A stretch of 64,000 nt of DNA, taken from the NCBI GenBank assembly GCA_964270895.1, contig OZ185442.1; one strand, given 5' to 3'. Under the pieces are notes generated by a model, which saw only the letters and a program-made list of their open reading frames with translations, was not told where the DNA came from and searched no databases. Numbering within the stretch: the stretch's first letter is position 1; each line of letters begins with the position of its first letter. This stretch comes from Podarcis filfolensis. Taxonomy: Eukaryota. The position numbers and the translations under genes were made by a program. Of this stretch, positions 41,901 through 49,905 are shown in pieces.

Positions 41901-42302
41901 AGAGAAATAAACAAACAGGAGCCTTTACTACTTAAAAGGAGTTGGCCTAGGATCCCTGAAAGGAGCCAATTTGCCAGAAGCAAATGTTGCAAAGTAATAA
42001 TAAATGCCACTTACAGCTCCCTCCCTGTTTTCTTTAAAAGGGCTTTAAATATCTGGTTTTATTAGGATTTTAAACTGTATTTTCTCTTTGGCATATGGCT
42101 TTCTACTCGTCTAATTATAAGTTGTGAGGTGCTGCTCTTTTAAGGTTTTTTTTAAGATATTAGTTTTAGATGTTATATTTATTCTAAGCCACCTTGAAAA
42201 AGTCAGAATATAAATCACTGAATCAATAAAGAATCAAGTGCCAACCCTACAGAAAAAAAGCACACTTACGTGGTTGCAGTCTGATGAGATTTCATTGTCC
42301 GG
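3227..42302 (-). CDS. GLG1: GLG1 (Golgi glycoprotein 1), spliced CDS span for exons 2-26; 5'-partial because exon 1 is outside the window
   Basis: The 25 minus-strand exons join in frame into 1033 aa of Cys-rich GLG1 repeats, a transmembrane helix (YILSVISVGICILFLIGLMC) and the tail GRITKRVTRELKDR*. The peptides match vertebrate GLG1 as I recall it, and every intron is GT-AG. Confidence 0.98.
4710..4816 (-). CDS. GLG1: GLG1 exon 25
   Basis: (Q)MSCLMEALEDKRVRLQPECKKRLNDRIEMWSYAAK; tgcag acceptor, gtgagc donor; 107 nt. Confidence 0.97.
5398..5518 (-). CDS. GLG1: GLG1 exon 24
   Basis: EVLNMLKESKADIFVDPVLHTACALDIKHHCAAIPPGRGR; ctag acceptor, gtaagt donor; 121 nt. Confidence 0.97.
6040..6147 (-). 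CDS. GLG1: GLG1 exon 23
   Basis: ISSLCAEEAAAQEQTGQVEECLKVNLLKIKADMCKK; taaag acceptor, gtaaag donor; 108 nt. Confidence 0.96.
7010..7111 (-). CDS. GLG1: GLG1 exon 22
   Basis: RLSPDCEDQIRVIIEESALDYRLDPQLQMHCSEE; aacag acceptor, gtagga donor; 102 nt. Confidence 0.97.
8317..8459 (-). CDS. GLG1: GLG1 exon 21
   Basis: (D)YRLNPVLRKACKADIPKFCQSILTKAKDDSELEGQVISCLKLKYADQ; tgtag acceptor, gtaact donor; 143 nt. Confidence 0.97.
9880..10485 (-). mobile_element. L2-clade LINE 3' fragment, degenerate
   Basis: The minus strand reads SHLDYCNVLYVELPLK..KFQLAQRAAARLL..FKVLVMTYKALYSLDPGYLKD, the typical L2 ORF2 C-terminus, and ends in a (TAAA)n-like tail near 9885. Confidence 0.75.
10559..10682 (-). CDS. 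GLG1: GLG1 exon 20
   Basis: RFCPEADAKNMLQCLKQNKNSEMMDPKCKQMITKRQITQNT; gtcag acceptor, gtaatg donor; 124 nt. Confidence 0.97.
11765..11902 (-). CDS. GLG1: GLG1 exon 19
   Basis: IIECLKENKKQLSTRCHQKVFKLQETEMMDPELDYTLMRVCKQMIK; tgcag acceptor, gtaagg donor; 138 nt. Confidence 0.97.
12571..12605. repeat. (GA)n microsatellite
   Basis: Pure GA run seen directly. Confidence 0.95.
12625..12717 (-). CDS. GLG1: GLG1 exon 18
   Basis: TEDIRLEPDLHEACKSDIRDYCQNVPYGNAQ; tgcag acceptor, gtgatc donor; 93 nt. Confidence 0.96.
12900..13430 (-). mobile_element. Degenerate L2 3' fragment interrupted by a hAT MITE
   Basis: Antisense L2-type motifs (gggaggga.ttccgcaat.taggggc, gcagtctttcagcta) on both sides of the 13237-13372 insertion; boundaries approximate. 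Confidence 0.5.
13237..13372. mobile_element. hAT-type MITE (136 bp)
   Basis: Perfect 15-bp TIRs cagcttttctcaacc / ggttgagaaaagctg and a perfect 8-bp TSD ccctagaa (13229-13236 and 13373-13380); internal ggactacaactcccatca motif. Confidence 0.92.
13507..13575. repeat. Compound (AC)n(AG)n microsatellite
   Basis: Seen directly. Confidence 0.95.
13871..13988 (-). CDS. GLG1: GLG1 exon 17
   Basis: (K)VDVVICLSTIVRNDTLRDAKEHQVSMKCRKQLRVEELEM; ttcag acceptor, gtaaaa donor; 118 nt. Confidence 0.97.
14129..14217 (-). CDS. GLG1: GLG1 exon 16
   Basis: VQMKDFRFSYKFKMACKEDVLKLCPNIKK(K); tttag acceptor, gtatgt donor; 89 nt. Confidence 0.96.
14682..14795 (-). CDS. GLG1: GLG1 exon 15
   Basis: EVADNQIDSGDLMECLIQNKHQKEMNEKCAIGVTHFQL; ttcag acceptor, gtgagt donor; 114 nt. 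Confidence 0.97.
15675..15737 (-). CDS. GLG1: GLG1 exon 14
   Basis: DIQIEALMMRACEPIIQTFCH; tgtag acceptor, gtaagt donor; 63 nt. Confidence 0.96.
16149..16210. repeat. (GAAA)n microsatellite
   Basis: About 15 perfect units seen directly. Confidence 0.95.
16444..16530 (-). CDS. GLG1: GLG1 exon 13
   Basis: ELECLQDHLDDLAAECRDIVGNLTELESE; tttag acceptor, gtaagt donor; 87 nt. Confidence 0.96.
17003..17140 (-). CDS. GLG1: GLG1 exon 12
   Basis: LSRECRAEVQRILHQRALDVKLDPALQDKCMIDLGKWCSEKTETGQ; ggcag acceptor, gtatct donor; 138 nt. Confidence 0.97.
18533..19103. mobile_element. Non-autonomous pogo/Tc2-like DNA transposon (MITE) with GC-rich internal tandem units
   Basis: Flanking TA dinucleotides (18531-32, 19104-05); termini ccgtatttttcg / cgaaaaatacag; subterminal ataggacgcac inverted motifs; internal repeats of about 118 bp. 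Confidence 0.85.
19319..19472 (-). CDS. GLG1: GLG1 exon 11
   Basis: (K)LDLVLYRKCQGDASRLCHTRGWNETSEMIPPGAIFSCLYRHAYRTEEQGRR; gacag acceptor, gtaggc donor; 154 nt. Confidence 0.96.
19636..20005. mobile_element. Older Tc1/mariner or Tigger-like MITE
   Basis: Imperfect TIRs caggtcactcgcaacttg / caagttgcgattcacctg; TA on the left side only. Confidence 0.55.
21012..21113 (-). CDS. GLG1: GLG1 exon 10
   Basis: (M)ILSCLMEHLYTEKMVEDCEHRLLELQYFISRDW(K); catag acceptor, gtgagt donor; 102 nt. Confidence 0.96.
21515..21636 (-). CDS. GLG1: GLG1 exon 9
   Basis: LQTLIQEADPGADYRIDRALNEACESVIQTACKHIRAGDP(M); tccag acceptor, gtaggt donor; 122 nt. Confidence 0.96.
24960..25330 (-). mobile_element. Degenerate CR1-like 3' end interrupted by an old hAT-type MITE (about 25000-25135)
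   Basis: The motif gctgggtcagaccaaggaccatctag resumes after the insert as tagtc..ctgtttcc. The insert resembles the 13237 MITE family. Heavily decayed. Confidence 0.4.
25429..25477. repeat. Perfect 20-bp inverted repeat with a 9-nt loop
   Basis: taatgttttgaaccagagcc - tgacttatt - ggctctggttcaaaacatta. Confidence 0.95.
25559..25773 (-). CDS. GLG1: GLG1 exon 8
   Basis: (G)RQVSSECQGEMLDYRRMLMEDFSLSPEIILGCRSEIEHHCSGLHRKGRTLHCLMKVVRGEKGNLGVSCQQS; cttag acceptor, gtaagg donor; 215 nt. Confidence 0.97.
26903..26962. repeat. (TG)15(CG)4(CA)11 palindromic alternating purine-pyrimidine tract
   Basis: Seen directly. Confidence 0.95.
29687..29870 (-). CDS. GLG1: GLG1 exon 7
   Basis: CRDALTTRQKLIAQDYKVSYSLAKSCKSDLKKYHCNVENLPRSREARLSYLLMCLESAVHR; ctcag acceptor, gtaaga donor; 184 nt. 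Confidence 0.97.
30692..30763 (-). CDS. GLG1: GLG1 exon 6
   Basis: TQAGEGRVYKCLFNHKFEDSMSEK; cacag acceptor, gtatgc donor; 72 nt. Confidence 0.96.
31420..31623 (-). CDS. GLG1: GLG1 exon 5
   Basis: DVHSQGEVVACLEKGLVKEAEEIEPRIKVSDLCKKAILRVAELSSDDFHLDRHLYFACRDDRERFCEN; ttcag acceptor, gtaagt donor; 204 nt. Confidence 0.97.
32139..32354 (-). CDS. GLG1: GLG1 exon 4
   Basis: IKECADEPVGKGYLVSCLVDHRGNITEYQCHQYITKMTAIIFSDYRLICGFMDDCRSDINILKCGSIRLGEK; gacag acceptor, gtaatt donor; 216 nt. Confidence 0.97.
33700..34800 (-). mobile_element. Old L1-clade LINE: 3' part of ORF2 and 3'UTR (left half of an interrupted element)
   Basis: The minus strand reads degenerate YLTPLKLAKIYK..KCWMC..EGNFLHMWW..KKPGMFLL..RIVIAKHWKS..EEWILKL, homologous to the C-terminus of the 35356 ORF, with stops and frameshifts. 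Confidence 0.85.
34802..35385 (+). mobile_element. L2-clade LINE 3' fragment
   Basis: YCNALYVGLPLKVTQKLQLIQNVAARMVTG...RQRAFSVVAPALWNALPSD..FRRHLKTALFREVF, followed by an L2-type 3'UTR and an (AAT)n tail. Confidence 0.88.
35356..37113 (+). pseudogene. 585-aa ORF: truncated L1 ORF2 fused to an ATG from the L2 tail
   Basis: The ORF track protein is L1 ORF2-like from about residue 11. The first residues (MGRVQINNNK) come from the L2 3'UTR and (AAT)n tail. Confidence 0.85.
35386..37424 (+). mobile_element. Young 5'-truncated L1-clade LINE (RT C-terminal half, CCHC knuckle, 3'UTR, polyA)
   Basis: Uninterrupted frame to 37113 containing RAFADDL, VKYLGI, LSLMGRIAAIKMNVLPK and CWKCKETEGTFFHLWWTC; AATAAA at 37403-37408 and an A-run at 37418-37424; lacks the endonuclease and the RT N-terminus. 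Confidence 0.93.
37436..37459. repeat. (GAA)n microsatellite at the L2/L1 tail
   Basis: Seen directly. Confidence 0.9.
37490..38865 (-). mobile_element. Old L1-clade LINE: central ORF2 pieces (right half of the interrupted element)
   Basis: Minus-strand fragments ANKPGKMLAWLLKK, KSFVNYYKNLY, KVRAFADNL, KKPRIKFKLLTEVKDRTGFRMPD, GWHGY..HKAFLNHIIRKALYEV; internally deleted and interrupted by a MITE at 38088. Confidence 0.85.
38088..38326. mobile_element. Tc1/mariner-type MITE inserted in the old L1
   Basis: Termini tagtggtacttcgg / ccaaggtaccactg; TA on the left, CA on the right. Confidence 0.8.
40213..40299 (-). CDS. GLG1: GLG1 exon 3
   Basis: LLWNYKLNLTTDPKFESVAREVCKSTISE; cccag acceptor, gtaagg donor; 87 nt. 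Confidence 0.97.
40759..40780. repeat. (TG)n microsatellite
   Basis: Seen directly. Confidence 0.95.
41130..41370 (+). mobile_element. Possible solo-LTR remnant
   Basis: tatatgtgtaaataaaccat..cataaag (AATAAA at 41271-41276) resembles R/U5 segments I recall from squamate LTR elements; TG..CA ends and TSD not identified. Confidence 0.35.
41520..41765 (-). mobile_element. L2-like 3' tail fragment
   Basis: The tttatttatt tail and the taaaatgcctgggcaaa..aatctt..gcacc motif are typical of antisense L2 ends. Confidence 0.45.
42270..42302 (-). CDS. GLG1: GLG1 exon 2 (33-nt microexon)
   Basis: PDNEISSDCNH, compared with human PENEISSDCNH as recalled; strong pyrimidine tract with ttccag acceptor, gtaagt donor; not in the ORF track. 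Confidence 0.93.
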
Positions 42303-43074
42303 CTGGAAAAAGAAAGAAAGGGACATTAATTCTGAGCAGGTCATGTTGCACTGTATTCCTTCCACACGAACAGGCACAAACTATTGTTTCAGAATAATGT
42401 GCGTTATTAAATAAATGATGAAATCAGACCACAAGAGATTGTCAACTCACAGATTAAAGGCAAATTTATCTAATCTAATCAATCTCTGCTGCCCAGGGAA
42501 ATGGCCTCGACTGAAAGGCAGCAGTCATGGGATGTTTTGCTTTTTTGGAACAGTGGTCTTGTATTGCTTTTGCAATAGTGTTATTTCATAAAGCAATGAA
42601 GTGTAGACAAGCCAGAGATTTATAAGGCACACTAGAGGTTCCATCAAACTAAAGCAAGTAGAATTTAATTCATGAAATATTTCTCATGACCTCTTCAGAT
42701 CATAGGCCATCCAGAATTTTTTTATCCTGTCCATGGGTCACAGTTCACAATTAGGAATTACAATTTTGAAGAAAAGTGCTAACAAAACCCTCATAAATTT
42801 TATTTTGCTCCCTTTGGAGCAAAAGTCCAGAAGTTATCAAGTCTCCGCCGAGACAGAGTAGAACGGAATAAAAAGAGGCCGTATTAATTGCCCTCCACCC
42901 AGGCCTGCCTGAAAACTACCACTCACAGCCATAAAAGTCTCTGCTCAACCAGAACGTCCATCAGAACTCCTCTGGCTGCTACTTTTCCACTTAACTCCCT
43001 GCTTGCACATCACAAAGTGCCATATTTACACCATTAACCCTTCAAATCCTTCTGCAAAACCAATCTTTTTTGTA

Positions 43075-43335
43075 CAGTGATACCTCTTGTGACATTTGCT
43101 TCATGATATGTTTTTTCAGGTTGCATCCCGCGGCAACCCGGAAGTACCGGAAAAGGATTACTTCCGGGTTTCGCCACTCGCACATGCACAGATGCGCAAA
43201 ATGACATCACGCGTATGCACAGAAGCTGCGAATCGCGACCCGCGCATACGCAGATGAACAGACGTGGGTTGCGTTCCTTTCAGGTTGCGAACGGGACTCC
43301 GGAACGGATCCCATTCACAACCAGAGGTACCACTG
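43075..43335. mobile_element. Tc1/mariner-type MITE
   Basis: TA|cagtgatacctct ... agaggtaccactg|TA; CpG-rich interior with gcgcatgcgca-type motifs. Confidence 0.88.
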
Positions 43336-45149
43336 TAATGTGTTTAGATTTAACTATGCTCAAGTACATGTAAGCTCATCTGCTCACATTCACTAGCTTT
43401 TGGTGGGTAGGGACTTCTTTGTTTATAACACTACGAAGCATCATGTGCACAAATGACTCCATATATTTCTGAAATACTGATAGTTATACCCATCCCTAAT
43501 CAAAAAGCCAGAAAAACCACTCAGTCCCTCCAGCCTCATAGCTCCCCGCACCCCAAGCCACCTTGCTGCTAGCTCCAGTGGAACTCATTCTGGCTCCTAG
43601 TCGGAAAGCTGACTGCTACTCCACAACAGCCTTGATTCTGCAAAACTGTAGATGCACAGGCGTCAGCTTCACAATGGGAGCAGCAAAGGGTTCAGTGAGC
43701 CTCTCTCTGCATTTCCCCTCAACCTGACCTCGGTTGCTTGTTCTCTGAGCTTCCTTGGCAAAGGTCCTTCAGGTTGAGTTCAACCACTGTGCCTTCACAA
43801 CTGCTTGTTACTTCTTGCAAACAGCCATGTGATATCAGTATTTGCCTCAGTGGGCGAGACCCAGCAGCAATATCTTGGAACACCCTGACCCTTGTGTAAT
43901 TTTCAGCAAGAGACTCAGGTCACATCCTGCATTTTAAGAATTCTTATGTAGCCCTCCAGGATATTTATGCACTGTGGCTGCAGAGGTGAATGGAAGCACA
44001 CTCATGCCTCTGCTACCAAGTCAGAGGACCGAGGGCCACTCAGGCTGTACCCCCAGTTCCGAGAAAGGATCTTGACAAGGGGAAGAGGAACCTGGCCCTA
44101 GATGTCAGCCAGAGAAGGAGCAGCTTCAACAGCTTCTTGCCCTGGGACTGGAGAAGTTAGCAAAGGCAAAGGACACTCTCATGGCCCCATCCAACAGCCA
44201 AAGGGTCGGGAGCCACCGGCTGCTTTCAAGCCAGGGAAGACCTGCCCCACCCAAGCTGGATAAAAGTGCCTGCTTTGTTATTAATTTGATCTCCTTTCTC
44301 TACCTTTTCTCTCCACTACCTTCCTTGTGTGTCTTTTGTCTTTCTAGTTTCTAAGCCAGATGGAAAGGCCTGATTTTTTTTAAAAAATGTTATCTTTGGC
44401 CGACAGTAATTGTGGGTCTGAAAAGTGAGACCAAAATAACAGTAATAACATGATTTTTAAATAAAGTAAGCAAACAATCACACAAGTAGAGTGATGTGTT
44501 ATGTGCCTCAATGCACAATATTTTTGTCTCATTGCTTATCCTCCCAGTACCCTCACCAGGAAACAGGCTCCAATCCCTTTCTGCATCAACAAAAAACAAA
44601 TGAAGATATATATGACACATTTTCAGGCAGAGGTCATCCATAACAACTTACAAACAGTAAAAGCTTAAGTATAAATATCAGTATCACTCAGTATCACTAT
44701 TGAGCAATATCACTATAGCTAAAAGCAATACACTATTTTATTACACCAGCTAAGGCTCTGGGGGGGAAGAAAAAAGGAGAAGACCATTTCATTTTCTACA
44801 GTCTACACAGTGGGTGGAAAGAGACAAGCTTTATATAGCCTTTCAATGAGATCCATATCCCAGCAAACAGGATGTGGTATTTTTAAACGACAAAGGAGTC
44901 CACTTCTCTGAAAACAGTTTGCCATAAGCCTATTTAGCACAGAGAGTGTACAAAAAGAGTGCTGCTCTGTTCCACAGTGGTCCTACTGAATTGTTTTTTG
45001 CTTCTTCCAAGCAAGGCAGCAACAAAGCATTTTAGCCATGTGGCTTCTTATCTACTAGCAGTGTTCGAAATTAGCCGGCCTTTTGCAACTGAATGAAGAT
45101 GTCCAGGAGCCACCCTTGGTGCCTAACATCTCCACCTGCCTGGCTGCAG

Positions 45150-45500
45150 TCATCTGGTCTGCTGGGCACAGCGGCTGGTCTGCTAGGCACAGCGGCAGCA
45201 AAAGATGCACGTCTTTTTCTGCACAGCGCTACCCCCACCAAACACCAGATTTGCCCAGCAGTGCAACAGCAAAGTGTCTTTGCTGTGTCTTTATTTTGCT
45301 GTCGCGCAGCCAGGTGAATCAGGTGTTTGGTGGGGTAGAGCGGTAGCAAAAAATGCATCTTTTGCTGCCATGCTACCCTGCAACCCCGATTCTCCTTGCA
45401 GTTTTTTGTTGTTGTTTTTTGCAGGGTGCCTGGTTTGGTAAGAGGGCAACAACAACAAAAAATGGCACCTAGACATTTTGTTTTGGCACCCACAACCTAG
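45150..45500. repeat. Inverted-repeat-rich, MITE-like remnant
   Basis: gcagcaaaagatgca (45195) and tgcatcttttgctgc (ends 45368) bound a long imperfect inverted repeat, preceded by a 21-bp tandem duplication; termini not defined. Confidence 0.55.
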
Positions 45501-45966
45501 TCCTAGTAGCCACATGACTCCTAACATTCCTATCTCAGTATCTAACACGGTCTACTAGGATACACGGCCAAGCTAAGCTTTTTCTTTTTTAAAATATCAG
45601 CATAATTTTGTTCATACATCTTGACTGGCCATATACCCCAAACCGGCAATAAATTTTAACAATGGAACAGATACCTATATTTAGCCCTAAGATCTTGTTC
45701 AGTGGTCTAGGTGCATATTTAAAATTTATAGTCATCCGCATCAGCAATGGAAGGGCATGAGCAACCAAGCACCCAGAACGTTTCTAGCCCTGCCAAGGTA
45801 AGGTGAGTTAGTCTAAACACCAGCTCATGTTTTCTTCACAAGGGACATGTAAGTGGAGTTGCTAAAATGCCTGCTTAATTTCTGTTTCTGATTGAACATG
45901 ACAATTAAGCTGGCAAACATTTCTGGCATTGAAATTTGGATTGCGTTGAAGACAATATCATTTTCT

Positions 45967-46239
45967 CTTTTTTAAAAAATAATTTTTATTGAATGATTCC
46001 ACGCCACAAAAAACAATACAACCACACTACCACCAAATACAATCAAGATATAAAAACCACATACATCAATATTTAGTTTGTTATTTGTTATTTACCGTCT
46101 TATTTCCTCTCAAACATTCCATACAAAAACACACATATGTGCAGACACCCACACACCCACACCCACAATGATAATAATGAAAGTAAATATTTTTCCCCTT
46201 TTATCTTTCAATATCTTTTCTTCAACTTTGACTTCCTGT
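45967..46239 (-). mobile_element. Short 5'-truncated L1 3'UTR insertion
   Basis: Perfect 16-bp TSD gacaatatcattttct (45951-45966 and 46240-46255); minus-strand AATAAA and A-rich tail at the left end; ggaagtcaaag motif shared with the L1 3'UTR near 37297. Confidence 0.85.
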
Positions 46240-46908
46240 GACAATATCATTTTCTTGGTCAAATAAAAACTTCTTCTGGCAAAGCATTAAACATTAGCAT
46301 ACTTTAAGATTATGAACTGCCTTTATTCTAACTGATTTAGTCAGTTCTTATACTTTTTGGGAATGTAAATGTGCTTCCAGTTTTAATTCTAATAAAAGAT
46401 TTATGCTTCAGGTATGCAAAGCTTGAGCAATGCTGATCTAGTGAATGGGACCTGCTCCTGTAGCCTTGAACTGCAATAAAGATTGCCCTATATTCATAAT
46501 GAGAGCAAGCCACAATGGATTTTTCCTGGATCCCAATAAAAGATGCCGTCAAATTTGCTTCCTAAAATGTCCATCACCATCATGGTATGCACAGCTGGGG
46601 ATTTAGGTTATTCGAACTGTAACACTCAAGGAAAAGGGGGACAAGACGACAAAGCAGAGAGGCCATAAACAAATTTTAGTGCCCCCTCCCCAATTTTGTT
46701 TAAAAATGGTGGGATTTCCTTCAAGAAAAGCAAGGGCAAGGAAGAATGAAGCCAAATGTCCTCTACTGATTTTACATTAACTGAGATGCAACTTGGATGA
46801 CTCTTCAAGCCCCAAAGCAATGCATGCTTACTGATCCTAGTAGCTTTACTGAAGTCACATAGCAATGGTCTCAAGAAGGAATCATGAACTCACATTGTTC
46901 CTCTAAAG

Positions 46909-47148
46909 CAGGGGTGGCCAAGTCCCCAGAATCTGCGATCTACTCACAGAATTAAAAACTGGCAGTGATCAAACCCCTTTTTGGGGGGTTCAGGTCGAAG
47001 TTGAGCTTTTTTTAGGGAGGACGTCTTCCGTTCTGAAGATTGTGCAACAATGGAGGGCAGGGCGAGGGGCCGGGGCCGGATTCACGATTGACCAAAACCT
47101 CCCGGGGATCTACAAGTAGACCGTGATAGACCTGTTGGGACATCCCTG
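46909..47148. mobile_element. hAT (Charlie-like) MITE
   Basis: Imperfect TIRs caggggtggccaa / ttgggacatccctg; 8-bp TSD ctctaaag / ttctaaag (7 of 8 match). Confidence 0.8.
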
Positions 47149-47486
47149 TTCTAAAGCATTATGGCTCACCAATGAGTTTTGCAGAGAAATGCAAGAGTGG
47201 GTGGCTTTTGTGCTGTTCCCTATGATACAAAAACCCATTGATATGCCCACTTTTGCCTCTGATTCTACCCACCACTGGCATATATCCCCTAGGGAATGTG
47301 TCTCTCTGGATGAAAAAGGTTCGTCACCCCTGAACCTGAGCTTCAGTCTTCCTAACATTCCTCCACGTAATTTTTTTTTCTAGCACCAGACCTTTTAGAC
47401 TGTAAATGTGTCTTTTTTACAGATCTATAAGCAGCTCTAGAAACCTTTTTGGGTGAACAACAGGATAAAAATGTTTCACATAACCC

Positions 47487-47621
47487 AGGATAGCTCAGTT
47501 GGTAGAGCATGGATATCTCAGGATAATGTGTTCAAGCTCCACATTGGGCAAAAGATTCCTGCATTGCAGGTGGTTGGATTAGAAAACCCTTGTGGTCCCT
47601 TCCAACCCTATGATTCTATGA
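47487..47621 (+). mobile_element. tRNA-head SINE with CR1-type tail
   Basis: A box tagctcagttggtagagc, B box gttcaagctcc, body attcctgcattgcagg, tail gtcccttccaaccctatgattctatga. Confidence 0.85.
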
Positions 47622-47770
47622 CCTACACATTCAAAATTAGAAACTGTCTTCTTTCCTTCTGATAAATAAAAATAACAGAAGTTGGCAGCGTTCAACTGGA
47701 ATCATAGTTCATCTTCCTTAATACAGATGGCTGAATTATTTTCTTTGAAATTTAGAATGTCTCATGCATT

Positions 47771-48125
47771 AGGTAAAGGTAAAGGGACCCCTGACCATTA
47801 GGTCCAGTCGTGGCCAACTCTGGGGTTGTGGCGCTCATCTTACTTTATTGGCCAAGGGAGCCAGCGTACAGCTTCAGGGTCATGTGGCCAGCATGACTAA
47901 GCCGCTTCTGGTGAACCAGAGCAGCGCACGGAAACGCCATTTACCTTCCTGCTGGAGCGGTTCTTATTTATCTACTTGCAGCTGGACGTGCTTTCGAACT
48001 GCTAGGTTGGCAGGAGCAGGGACCGAGCAACGGGAGCTCACCCCATCGTGGGGATTCGAACCACCGACCTTCTGATCGGCAAGTCCTAGGCTCTGAGGTT
48101 TAACCCACAGCGCCACCCGCGTCCC
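47771..48125 (-). mobile_element. Full-length Sauria SINE (lacertid-type)
   Basis: The minus strand starts gggacgcgggtggcgctgtgggttaaacc, has B box ggttcgaatccc and ends in an (accttt)n tail, matching the Sauria SINE layout as I recall it. Confidence 0.9.
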
Positions 48126-48179
48126 TGTCCCAATAAACCCCCAACTAGAATAAACAGGCACATTAATTTACACAAGATA

Positions 48180-48337
48180 CAGTGGTACCTCCGGTTGCGG
48201 ACAGGATCCATTCCGGAGGTCCAGTCGAATCCTGATGTTCCGCAACCTGAGGGTTGCTTCTGCGCATGCGGCGAAACCCGGTAAAATACTTCCGAAGTTT
48301 ACATAACCAGGGTGTTACGTAAACGGAGGTATGACTG
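48180..48337. mobile_element. Tc1/mariner-type MITE
   Basis: TA|cagtggtacctcc ... ggaggtatgactg|TA. Confidence 0.85.
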
Positions 48338-49469
48338 TATTTTGGCATACTTTTATGGGTTAGGGCACTTCTGGGGACAGGCTGGCAACCTTTATGCCCT
48401 ATTACAAATAGGTAACATTTTGGTAAATTTGTTGAAAAGGAAGAATACTTATCCCTTCCAGCAACAAGTAGCAGCTTGCTTGCTTGCTACTAAGTTCTCC
48501 ACAGCAGAAGGCTGTGGTCCGCTTCCTTCAAGATCACCCAAAAGATGCAGTCATTGAGCTGTTGCATTCATTAAGCCTACGTTAAATTAATCATAGTGAC
48601 AGATTATCAAAAGGCAGGTGTGTTCGCCTATTGTGGCATTGCAAAGACCAACAGAATCTATGTGGCAGAAGCTTTTGCGGGCCATGGCCCGCTCCAGCAC
48701 ATGTGTGAAATGTTATCCTCAGTTGGTAGATTGTTCATGAAAGCTTTTATTATTCCATTAGCCTTTAAGATGCCACCAGACTTTATTTTTAAAATTAATT
48801 AGTTTAAAAGCCAGCCTAAATCAAATATTTTAAAAAGCAAAGTTTAATTAGAAAAGAGACTTTGACGCAAGCTACCCACGTCCAAGTGACTGACAAGGCA
48901 CTTCCAACAAAAAGTCATTGTCCAAATTGCCCCCAAAAATTCAGCCAAGGCCACAAAGGAAGCAGAGCACAAGGTAATGCAATAACAGCTTGGCAACCTT
49001 CTGGTGGAAGTCCCAGAGGGACCCTCAGCTGAGACTTCATGTGGCCAGAAGCCACAGGATTCTAGAAAATCTCACAATGCTGAAGCAACACTTGCCTTGC
49101 CTATGTCTAAAAGGGTTCACATTTCATTTAAGTGCCAAGAACAACCCAACTAATTTGTTTGTGAGCACCTTACACTACTGGAACACTAATGAAGTAGTGG
49201 GTAGAGGCATGGTAGTCCCTTAGATGGCACAACAATAATCATCCCTTGTGAAAGCAGATGGTGGAAGTAGGTTGCCCATACTTTTAAAACTTTGACGCTT
49301 ACTCTCATCTCAGTACCTTCTCAACACCCATTAACTACTATTAAGGCCGATTTCAGACTTGAATGGGCTATTTAAAAAATAACTAGAATTTGGTTTTTAA
49401 ACCTTACAAAATAATATTCAGGGTAAACGCATTGAAATTAATGGACCGTTGTATTGGTGGTCTGCATGC

Positions 49470-49800
49470 AAAGAAAATACATTGTATGTGGGACTGCTTT
49501 TGAAAGTGTCCAGCAGCTGTAGCTTGTTCAAAACGTGGCAGCCAGGTAGCTGATTAACCTCACTGTTGAAACTGCTGCACCAGCTCTCTTATTTGTTTCC
49601 AGGCTAACTGAAAAGGCTGGTTATGTGTGACCTTTAAAGTCTTCTGATTTATGAGCAAGATATCTGAAGGACCTCCTCTCCATATGTGAGCCTGCCTGGC
49701 TCATTAAGATCATCGACAGAGGGACCCTCTTGTCTGCTCCAAGTCCACATTTCTTTGTTGTTGTGCCTAGACTCAGAACTCCCTGCCTAGGGAGCTCTCA
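49470..49800 (+). mobile_element. Degenerate L2 3' fragment
   Basis: tgtatgtgggactgcttttgaaag..gcttgttcaaaacgtggcagccagg..gtgacctttaaag is homologous to the 34802 L2. Confidence 0.65.
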
Positions 49801-49905
49801 TCAGCCTTCCGCTGCTGTGTCAATACCTTTTCCCAAGGATGGGTCGTACAGCTCAGCCTTATTATACTCGTACAAATCTATTCCATTGTTATTGCTGCCG
49901 TTTTT

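Noticed and set aside
45071-45493. 140-aa ORF and overlapping ORFs
   Set aside because: Products of the inverted and tandem repeats; low complexity with no domain
47487-47560. tRNA-like sequences (also near 48060-48125, 50000, 50770, 58990 and 63030)
   Set aside because: These are SINE heads: the anticodon arms are deleted or decayed and they are fused to LINE-derived tails, so they are not tRNA genes
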